Below, piece by piece: positions 12,928 to 21,990 of a DNA stretch of 64,000 nucleotides; position 1 is the first letter of the stretch; each line of letters opens with the position of its first letter. Location: contig NIVC01000862.1 of the NCBI GenBank assembly GCA_002269645.1, forward strand, positions 1 to 64,000, written 5' to 3'. A program made the position numbers and the translations under genes. The stretch is from Macrostomum lignano. Lineage: Eukaryota. Under the pieces are notes generated by a model, which was not told the DNA's origin, did no database searches, and was given only the letters and a program-made list of their open reading frames with translations.

Positions 12928-14854
12928 AGCGGACCCAGCCTTCCAGCACCAGCGCCTTTTCTTCCCGTGAGCGGCCAACCGGCAGTCCTGTGGCCAAGAT
13001 GGCTGGACGCGTTCGAATTCTTCTACACGGCATCCCAGTTTCGGGAGTCGGAGGGGCAATCCGAGGCGGAACCCACAAAGAGGAATCTGCTGCTCCACCT
13101 GCTCGGATTCGAAGGCCAGCGCATTGCCAAGGCGAGACAAGCACTCACGGAGGGAGATTCCTTCAAGGAGGCGAAGGCAAAGCTGGACGGGCGGGATCTT
13201 CGGAGAGAAGCCCAACGTGATGGTGGCTCGCTTCCGATTCCGCCAACGACACCAGCTGCCCGGCGAAGACGCAGAGTCCTTCGTGGCCGCGCTCAGGGAG
13301 CTGGCCGAGCCCTGCGAGTACGGAAATCTCCGAGACCAGCTCATCAGAGACCAACTGGCAGAGAAGACTGGCAGCGCTCGCATCCGAGAGCGACTGCTGA
13401 CGGAAGACGCGGCTACTCTCACGCTGGAGAGGGCCCTCGCCATCGCCGTCACCATCGAGAAGGCGTCAAAGGGCTGTCAGGCTCTGATGGAGACGGAGCC
13501 CGTGCACGCGGTCCGGCAGGCGCAGAAGCCAAAGGCGAAGTGGAGCGGCGCGGCGGAGCCAGCTAAGAAAGGCCAGCAAAGTCGACCCGCCGCCAAGGCC
13601 TGCTCTCGCTGCGGACGCAGTCACGGCGACGGCAACTGCCCAGCGAAGGGGCAGTCCTGCAACAGCTGCGGCAAAATGAACCATTTCAGCCGTTGCTGCC
13701 GGAGCAAGGCGCTCCAAGTGACCGGCCAGGCTCAGGACGGCCCGGACGAGGCGGTCACTATATACGCCGTGCAGGGAGACGGTGAGATCCGTGCGCAGCT
13801 GCGGTTCGGACAAGCAGAGGTGCCGGTCAATACTCTGATCGACTGCGGCGCCAAGGTGTCACTGTTGAACGCCGACACGGCCGCGCTCCTGACCGAGGTG
13901 CTACCTCAGCCGACAACGATGAAGCTGCGCGCATACGGCGGCAAGCTGATCGATCTCGTGGGCCAAGCGGTGGTCCCCGTTAAGCACAACAACCGGTCGC
14001 TGCAACACCTATTCTACATCGCGAAGCACGGCGACAACATCGCAGGCCGAGACCTCATGGATAAGCTCGGTTTCCATGTGAGCCTCTCCGAGGACGTCAG
14101 CGAGGTGAACAGCGTCGTGGAGCAGCTGGAGAGGCAGTTTCCAGCGGCCCTTAGCGAGCAGATCGGCTGCTGCAGCGGAGCCGTGCACAAGCCCGTCATC
14201 GAGCAGCAGCTGGTGGAGGCCGAGCTCGACAAACTGGAAGTGGCTGGCAGCATTCGAGCGGCCAAGGAGGACTGCACGCCGCTGTCCGACGCCATCACCC
14301 AGTTCCTGGAGGTCTACCGGAGCACGCCGCACAGCCTGACGGGCAGGAGCCCCGCCGAGCTCATGCTAGGGCGATCGATGCGGACGATGCTGACTGCCCT
14401 GGCGCCGCCCAAAGACATCAATGAGACGGACGAAGGATGGCGACTGCGCGAGACCATCTACGACCGGCAACAGCGGACCAAGCGCTACACGGACCTACGC
14501 CGCCGGGCGCGAGTCAGCGACCTCCGACCAGGCGATTGGGTCCGAGTGCGGCGGCCCATCAAGAAGGGCAAGCTGGCCACGAGACTGTCCGGCCCGCTAC
14601 AGATCATGACCAAGGCCGGCGCCGCGTACCGGCTGAGCGACGGCACGACCTGGAATCAACAGGCGTTGGTCCCCACAAGCGCTAGGGCCTACGGCGACCA
14701 GGACGCCGAGCTCGACCCGCTGGTGCATGGCGAACTCTGCGGTGACAGCGATGCGGCGGCGACGGCGCAGCCGGCGGGGCTTCCCGGCGCAGTCCGACCA
14801 AGGCGCTCGGCCAGGGCCCGACGACCTCCGGAGCGGTACCAAGCGGGACTGTGA
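12925..14854 (+). CDS. Gag-protease fused in frame to the integrase C-terminus (one frameshift near 13190; RT, RNase H and IN core deleted)
   Basis: Gag WPRWLDAFEFF...RFRFRQRHQLPGED; zinc knuckles CSRCGRSHGDGNC and CNSCGKMNHFSRCC; protease LIDCGAKVSLL; then YRSTPHSLTGRSPAELMLGR and PGDWVRVR...SGPLQI. Confidence 0.85.
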
Positions 14855-15183
14855 TGTCCGTGCTCTCGGGAGGGGGGAAAATGTTGTGTCGTGACTAGGA
14901 GCCCGTAAAAGGGCCGTTCGTCTAACTAACCTTTTCTTACTTTTTCTTACTACTCTACTTTAAGTAGTGCAGTTAATAAATTATTCGTATATTGTATTGT
15001 GAAACGTATTTTTAATCACGTGACATTTTGGCGGTTAAATTTATCGATCGTGTAACAATTTACTGTTAAATATCAAATATAAGCGCGGGTTGCCCTAAGT
15101 GGAGCTCATACCTTTTTCCCGGCAAAAAAGTCTTACCTGCCACGTACTCGTGTTTTCCTGTGTTAGTCTGTTGAGACACCACA

Positions 15184-15962
15184 CTAAGTTTATCCTGAAG
15201 GGTCCCTCTAAAGGTTTCCCAGTCAGTGTTCCAAAAGCTTTTAGAGGGTTTTTCGCTCAACTTACAGTTAGGATCTAAATAAATTTTAATGATAATGGGA
15301 AGGTGGTCGCTATCTAGATCTTCTCCCACAATAACATTGCTGGTATGTTTAATAAGCTCCGGGGAACAAATTCCTAAATCAAGCACGTTCCTAAGGACTG
15401 AGCCGCTACGGTAGCTAACTCTGGTACAGTTCTCATAATCGTTAAGTATGGTTGGTGGGTTTGGATGAGAATCAAGCCAATCAAACAGCTGCTTGCCTGG
15501 ATAGTTGAATTGGGAGTCACCCCCAAGGGCTGGGTGGTTGCAGTTAAAGTCCCCGATAACTAAGGTCGAGGGTTTAGAGAATAGATGGTCAAGAAGTTGG
15601 GTGTTAAGCCGTGTTGGGGTTGGGTTCCTGTAGAAGAGGACCACATTAAGCTGTTTAAGTTTGTTATTTTTAAGATGAACTTCAAAACTGATAAGTTCGT
15701 GGTTGCAGTTGTCGAAAATTTTTTCAACATTCATAATTTCTAAATGATTTTTATAGACAACTGCAAGTCCTCTTCTACAGTTGGGAACATCAAGCCGGAG
15801 TGTGGCATAATCAGGTAAGTAGAATATATTGTTTTCCTTTAGGCAGGTTTCAGAGAACATTCCTATGTCTAGGTCTTGCTTGCTGACCCAGGAAGAAATC
15901 TCATAAAATTTGTTGCTTAATCCATTGCAATTAAGGTGCCCTATGTTTAGTGAATCCCGCAC
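15184..15962 (-). pseudogene. LINE ORF2, apurinic-type endonuclease domain
   Basis: LNIGHLNCNGL, MFSETCL, LVIGDFNCNH, LDLGICS and DSDHLPI are APE motifs. Removing the gypsy and one CTAAG gives the continuous reading QDKLS-NQQLLSC. Confidence 0.93.
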
Positions 15963-16058
15963 AGCAGACTGATCAGCGTGCCCATTAGTTTGAGAAAAAT
16001 TAAGGGGAGTTTTGAATGTTAACGGACAGATTTACGCTTAACAATTTGATATACGGGT

Positions 16059-16629
16059 TCAGGTTCCACCTCCGCTCGCTTGCGCGGCTTCGGTGTCTCC
16101 TGCCCCAGAAACAGGCCTCCCTCGACCCCTGAGCGCCGCCAGAACTTCAGTTACCGCCTGGATAGCGAGTTGCCCCGCTTCCCATTCGGTAAGCATCTGT
16201 CCCGGGTTGGCACCCATGAGTCGGGTGAGGGCCCGAAGTACCACCTCGAGCACCCCCATCCGGGAGATCAGGCCCCTCTCACTTGAATGATTGGCAGATG
16301 GGGCGGCGTCAGCTTCTTGATTGGGTGCAGACTGAGAGGCAGATTCAGGCACGGCTGCAGTCAGCGAAGACAGATTGGCTGAGAACGTTGAGGTCTCCTG
16401 GTTGGCCGGAGGATTGGTCAACGCTTGCGGGGCGGCAGCGGCAGCGGCGGCAGCTCGGTTCGAGTAGGCAATCGGTCCGAGGGTTGGCTTGCTAAGTCCA
16501 GGTCGCGCCGAATCGGCGTAGGAGAGGGGACCTGGGACGCCAAATGCCTCCCCCAGGGACTGACTACCAAATATGTCTTGAGTTAATTTGTTTGTGTTTT
16601 GTGCTCTGATTTTAGCGTGTGCTTTTTTA
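16059..16629 (-). pseudogene. LINE ORF1, C-terminal part (downstream of the CMC insertion)
   Basis: Removing 16630-25649 restores KEANEIAI-KKAHAKIRAQNTN in frame. Confidence 0.85.
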
Positions 16630-17000
16630 CCCGCCTGGATAAGTGGTCCGGCAGTTTGTCCGTATACACGTCCGGGTGTCATCCGGGGTTGTAATGTATT
16701 TTTCCCATTTGATTCGTCCGGAAAAAACCGGAGGAAAAGTTTAAAATCGGACCAAAATGTCTGGAAAAAAACCGATTGGTCCGGTTGAAATCCGGACTGT
16801 CATCCGAAAACTTGTCCGGAAGTTCATCCAGAATTAACCGGACCACATGGCGGGTTATTTTCCGGACAAAACCGGACGACTGCATCAGACGAGTAAACCG
16901 GATGACTACCCGGATCAAAAAGCGGACGAAAACCGGGCAAAGAGAGATTCACGTGATCCGGACGAAAATCCGGGAGAACATCCGGATGGAAAGCGGAAGT
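16630..17000. repeat. Subterminal TCCGG/CCGGA motif array (mirror array at about 25300-25647)
   Basis: Many tccgg/ccgga motifs in both orientations next to each TIR, as expected for CACTA-type subterminal repeats. Confidence 0.8.
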
Positions 17001-17199
17001 ACATACTTAGTACACTGATGAAAGTCACGCTGACTTTAATTCATGGCAAGGCCTTTAAATGCAGACGCGAAATCCAACGAGATTTGTGTTGAAATGTTTT
17101 AAATAAAAAAGAAGCTTTACAAAGACATATTCACGACTGGTTTCCAGTAACATTTTTTGTTTCCAAGTGGCACAGCTGAAGCTGCTTGTACGAAACTGG

Positions 17200-17659
17200 A
17201 GGTGAAAGGTTTTTTCCTAGAAGTCGATATAATGATTTCTTCAAACTTTTTACTCGAGCCACAGTCGTGTCCGAGATGGACGAATTTGGACGGCCTTCAC
17301 GTTCATCATCGTCCAGCTCCAGACAGCCGGAGCGGAATCGACCGAACCACTTGTACACCATCGTCTGGGATGGGGCTTCACTCTCAAGGGCCTTTTGAAG
17401 CGTCTGCAAGCATTCGGAGGCAGACAGGCCAAGCCGGAATTGGACCAGAATTGCGACTCGCCTGTCGCGCTCAGTCAGGCGCAGCACTGGAGCGGGGGTT
17501 TCATCACTTCTTCGGCCACTGCGTCGCAACATTTTGGCCAAACTGGCTGAAAATTTGTGTGAAAGGTGCCAATATCCTAAGGAAAAAGTTCATAAAATTT
17601 CGTTTGATTCGCTTGAAGATAAGTTTGGTTTTCCGCGAACTTATTAAGCAGCCCTCGTA
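17200..17659 (-). mobile_element. Truncated mariner element (5' TIR + Mos1-type HTH) nested in the CMC element
   Basis: The minus strand starts TA-CGAGGGCTGCTTAATAAGTT (mariner-type end). The protein RVAILVQFRLGLSASECLQTLQKALESEAPSQTMVYKWFGRFRSGCLELDDDEREGRP matches the mariner N-terminus. No DDD domain or second TIR is seen. Confidence 0.8.
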
Positions 17660-18076
17660 GTTATGCTGCACGAACACCCACAGCAGGGGCTTAAACCGGC
17701 AAGAACACTTTGTATTTTACGAACATTCATCATCATCACATCATCGACTCGACACATCTCACAAAATGCTAATATAGTAGGTGCAAAAAGTCACACTGAC
17801 CACAATCACCTCTCAAATCACGAAATACAAAAAGTTGGTGCATAAAGTCACACTGGCCACAATCCCCTTACCCCAATCCTCAAAGGGCCAGAACCACCCT
17901 GCTCCAATATTCTCAAATGGCCAGAACCACCCTGCTCCAATATCCTCAAATGGCCACAATCCCTTTCCCCCAGTCCTCTCTCCGTCTATCTCGAGATCTG
18001 TCCATGTCTGTGATCTGTCCCCGTCAGTCAGCTCTATTGATCACCAGCAATTCACGACCCTGTTCGTCCCTGATCA

Positions 18077-20000
18077 TCAATCGTTCAGCATCTCCAGCAA
18101 CAAGTCACTTGGACGACTGTCGCCGTCCACGTCGCCTGCGCTGAGAAACTGCGTCCCAGTGTTATGAGACTCCTCAGTCTGTTCGGTAATTATGCGCAGA
18201 ACATGTTCTGCAGAGGTGGTAGCCTTCGAGCGAGATGACTGGCCAGGTGTGCGGGCCGCAGTCGAACGCTTGGGTCGGCTGCGCTTCGGCAGTCCCAGCT
18301 GCAATCTCGCCGTCTCGCCGCACCGAGTGAATGCGCGATGCAGTTCGTTGCGGTAAATTGGCACCTCGGCGTTCTGCAGCCACTGCCTCGCGACAGCAAC
18401 TTTGGCCGGGTTCGCCGGCGCCGAAACGTACCCAGCAATTCTTCGGCCTGACAGGGATGAGTTCGCCAATTCTTGCGACGTAAAGACAGCCCTAAAGACA
18501 GCACGCAGTAGCGCCAAGCGCGTAAAGCGCCGCATGGCAACTGCGTCTAGGTCGACCGCCTGCTGATCTTCCATCGCCTTCTTATATTCTTTGTGTCGGT
18601 CTTCAAGTTCAGACCGGAGTCGCAAAGGTACAGAAAAAAACTTCTGGCTGTCGGAAAGGGCGACCAGTCCGCCGGTAGCAGAGCTAGTGGCGGTCCCTTG
18701 CTCCGCGTCACATGCGCGGATTAACGCGCGCGTTTCGGCAACAGACAGGTTGCGATCAGCGGAGAAGGTTGCCTGGTCGCCAAATGCGTCATCGTCAGCA
18801 GACTCGTCCGCGGAGGAGTGCGCGCTAGAAACAGCGTCACCAAAGGTATCATCGGGGCGCACATGTGATGCAGCTGCAGCAGCACCTGAAGTGGTTGCAC
18901 TTGCGGCCGGCAAAAGGCAATTTGATGCCCTGGCGAGCAGCGCGTTGGCGGTGTCGACATTACGCAGTAGGCAATTGTTGCGCGCTTCGGCCTGCTCGAC
19001 CTGCATGACCAGCTTCCGCTCCATTTTGGCCTGCACACTCGTCTTGTGCAGGAGCGTGCGGTTCTGTGCCAGCAGGTTGGTCTCAGAAGTACGGAGGAGC
19101 TTAAGTTCGCCACCTGCGTATGTATTTGAATTGGAAGGATTGACAGGTGAATCAGCTAACTTATGGTTTGCTTCTGCTTATATATGTGGACGGAATGCGT
19201 CAGTTGATGAATCTAGATGCATGCAGAATACGACAATGCAGATCGATCTGATGACCCCATGAGTAACTTAATCAGAAACTTACGCAGGGATTCGGTCAAG
19301 GCCTTCTCCCTTTGGAGCTCAAGCACGAGACCGCGACAGGAGCTGCAGGACCGCGGCAGCTCGGCGGGTGCCGCGTGGACGTTAGTCAAGCTGGCAGCAC
19401 CAGCAGCCTCCCTTTTCTTGTCGAATGGGCCCTTTATTAGTGTGCCCAGATAGCGCCGGGCCGTGCTACGCTTGCTCCGAGCTGTCACGACAGCGACTAC
19501 GGCGCCGGTGTTTAGAGGCAGCTGCACATCCGACCGATGCGAAATGATGGCACTGGTGGACATCAGGCTGGAGTCTGTTGACACTACCTCTGTTCGCTGG
19601 TGGAAGTCGGTATACTGAAATACAAAAAACCGGGCCTTGGCTTCGGCTTTAAACGGCACCATTTCAGGTTCGTTATCTTCTTCAGCGGCGAGTCGATTCC
19701 GCGGAATCGGAACTTCTTCCGAATGAGCAGTGCTATCGATGGCAGTCGGATTAGCGACGCTTAATCCACCTGGCGGATTTAAATCCGCATCTGCCACAGC
19801 TGCGGCGGCGGCGGCGGCGGCGGCTCCAGTCGGGACGTTGGCACCCGAATCGGTTGCCGTAGCCCGAGCCGACACCTTGGCGACACTGAATGGTACTCCT
19901 ATTTTCTTAGAAACACCAGACGGCTTCTTTATTGTTGCATGCGTTTTTTTGCCTCTTTACGTCTTTCTTTCTCCGAAGCGTCGCGACACGTGCGGCCCAT
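18077..20000 (-). CDS. CMC accessory gene: coiled-coil + BEN-domain protein (intron 19114-19283; start uncertain, probably ATG 20000 with a 1-nt slip in an A7 run near 19945)
   Basis: Donor CTGC|GTAAGT and acceptor TACGCAG|GT join TESL-R-GELKLL in frame. BEN-like segment LLRAVFRAVFTSQELANSSLSG...ANPAKVAVARQWL at about 18302-18535. A CxxC (CSSC) precedes the coiled coil. Confidence 0.7.
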
Positions 20001-20225
20001 GATGGCAGTTCTCGTGCACGCTGGAAAAGATATGACATGAGGTTTGCATTTCCGCGAGATCTGTACAGGAGTCATCGTCTCTGATCCTCGAGCACTATAG
20101 GTGACTGAGTACTTGGTTATGTACAACGGGTTCGTAAGGAGTTAGCAGCGGGACGGAATGAAATAACAAACAAGACTGACGGATATCACAAAGCCAAAAA
20201 AGCGCCGGTCCTTTTATATGTGTTT

Positions 20226-20325
20226 GCACTACAGCAACCTCGACACCATTGCACTTCAGCAACCTCGACACCATTGCACTTCAGCAACCTCGACACCATT
20301 GCACTTCAGCAACCTCGACACCATT
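20226..20325. repeat. 4 x 25-bp tandem repeat
   Basis: gcacttcagcaacctcgacaccatt x4 (first copy has one mismatch). Confidence 0.95.
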
Positions 20326-20582
20326 CAACTAAAAAGTTTAAACTAAAACTAAATACTAAAAATTCAACTAAAACAGAAATCGTCAACACAAGTAGAAAAA
20401 GTGTGGAAGGATGAAACAGCATATGAACAAGAGTTGCGCAGCAGTTCTTCTAATATAAAAAACGATTTCACCTGTCCCCACATGTGGGGAAATATTTCTA
20501 TCCCTATCCCTATGATATCCCTATCCCCATCCCTATTTCAACTAGTCCCCATGGCGCGACCATGGTGGGGAACCAAAGCAAT

Positions 20583-21353
20583 TCAATCCTTCTTTGCAGA
20601 CTTAGGTTTCGGCGCATCATAGGGAGCAAGGCCGCGAAGGGGCCGCATACGGCGCCTGCCTACTCTCATCAGCTCCACCGGAAGTGGTGGCGGACTGGGG
20701 GGCATGTCGATGGAAAAAAAGTTTGGCGCCTGGATAATCGGACGATGCCGATGGCGCCCATGGCGCTGCAGGCGCTGGTTGCGAACTTCGGCGGGCAGGT
20801 TGGCGTACCAGGCTTCACAGTCTGGGCAAGTTTGCGCAGGAAGGCGCTGCCTGTCATACCGCCGGCGTGAGTCGAACGTCGGCGGCGGCTCGTCCGGAAG
20901 CCTATTGTAGTCAGCAGCGTACTGCTTGCGTACTTGCGTACTTGCGTCAACTTGCGTACTGCTAGCGACTGGCGTCGGACGGCGGAGCTCTGAGGGCGAC
21001 AGGACTAATTCCTGGATCTCCTCCTGCGCAACTGCATCTTCGGACTCCACGGCTTGTGGAGACGAGTCCCAGGCCTGACTGTCCAACTGCTGGACATGGG
21101 CGACCGGTGAGCCTAGAGTAGTATGTGTGTCGTCCGACTCGACATCCGAATCTACCTGGGCGGCGGGTGAGCCTAGAGTAGTATGTGTGTCGTCCGACTC
21201 GACCTCCGAATCTACGGAATCTCCTAGTAGCTCATCAACCCCTTCGCCGATAAGTCCGTCCAAAATCAAGGACCAGTCTGGAGTCCCGGATAATTGACCC
21301 GTGCGCCGGGACATGTAGCTGCAGTGTAAGGCGGTGGAACCCTTTGTACTCAT
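20583..21353 (-). CDS. CMC accessory gene: 256-aa protein with a CtIP/Sae2-like C-terminal domain
   Basis: Intact ATG-to-stop ORF with an acidic S/T-Q-containing N-terminus. aa 163-220 RRRYDRQRLPAQTCPDCEAWYANLPAEVRNQRLQRHGRHRHRPIIQAPNFFSIDMP align without long gaps to the recalled human CtIP segment [58 protein letters not shown]. Confidence 0.8.
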   Translation of the reverse strand: MSTKGSTALHCSYMSRRTGQLSGTPDWSLILDGLIGEGVDELLGDSVDSEVESDDTHTTLGSPAAQVDSDVESDDTHTTLGSPVAHVQQLDSQAWDSSPQAVESEDAVAQEEIQELVLSPSELRRPTPVASSTQVDASTQVRKQYAADYNRLPDEPPPTFDSRRRYDRQRLPAQTCPDCEAWYANLPAEVRNQRLQRHGRHRHRPIIQAPNFFSIDMPPSPPPLPVELMRVGRRRMRPLRGLAPYDAPKPKSAKKD

Positions 21354-21990
21354 ACGTGCTAAGCAATTACTTGAACAACCGTTTGCAACCCGTTAGTGCA
21401 TGTACAAGAGGGCTGCAGAAAAGAGGAAAAACGTATACATAGTTACAGTGCAGCGGCAAATACAACTGTATTTCTAATTAATCAGTTATACACATACGTA
21501 TACGTAAGTAAACCAAACATTCAGTAATATGGAAACCGGTAAGGTATGAAATAGTACTGCAACATTCGTGCAGACGTATCAATAATAATTTAAGTGATTA
21601 TGAAATTATACTGCCTCATGTGTAATGTTTGCGAAACGAAATATTTATTATGATAATGAGATAATTAGTAGAACAATTTCAGTGCAGCTGACGTCTTCAA
21701 TTATATACTCGAGTATTGGGGGATCACAAGCTGAGAGGAAACAAATTCCAAATTTGCCTCTAAATTAGCTAAAGAGTTGAGAGCGCGACACAAGAATCAT
21801 CGATGAAACAAAATCGTCCGACATGCAAAAAAAGCGACAGTCGCCACAATATTATAAAGGGAATTATGTGCTTGAAATGAAAATTTTACACTACTTTCAT
21901 GGACCGCTATTTTCAATTCCATTGATATTATACTTATACTATTGAGGCGGTGATGATTAAACAGAAGCAACAGCTAATTAATACTGGAAG

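Larger units (their letters stand above)
12610..15183 (+). mobile_element. Ty3/gypsy (Mag-like) LTR retrotransposon, internally deleted, non-autonomous
   Basis: LTRs 12610-12912 and 14882-15183 (TG...CA) differ by one substitution and one A in a homopolymer. The 5-bp TSD CTAAG is at 12605-12609 and 15184-15188. PBS and polypurine tract are present. Confidence 0.97.

Noticed and set aside
12794-14842. Many alternative-frame and antisense ORFs over the gypsy element
   Set aside because: By-products of GC-rich coding sequence with few stops; the same holds for 18174-19453, 22313-24870 and 60461-63297.
15066-15183. C-terminal tail VVSQQTNTGKH...LIFDI of the 298-aa endonuclease ORF
   Set aside because: Read-through into the antisense gypsy LTR, not part of the LINE protein.
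20583-21353. Host CtIP (RBBP8) gene
   Set aside because: Only 256 aa, no N-terminal coiled coil, and lies between transposon TIRs; treated as TE cargo.
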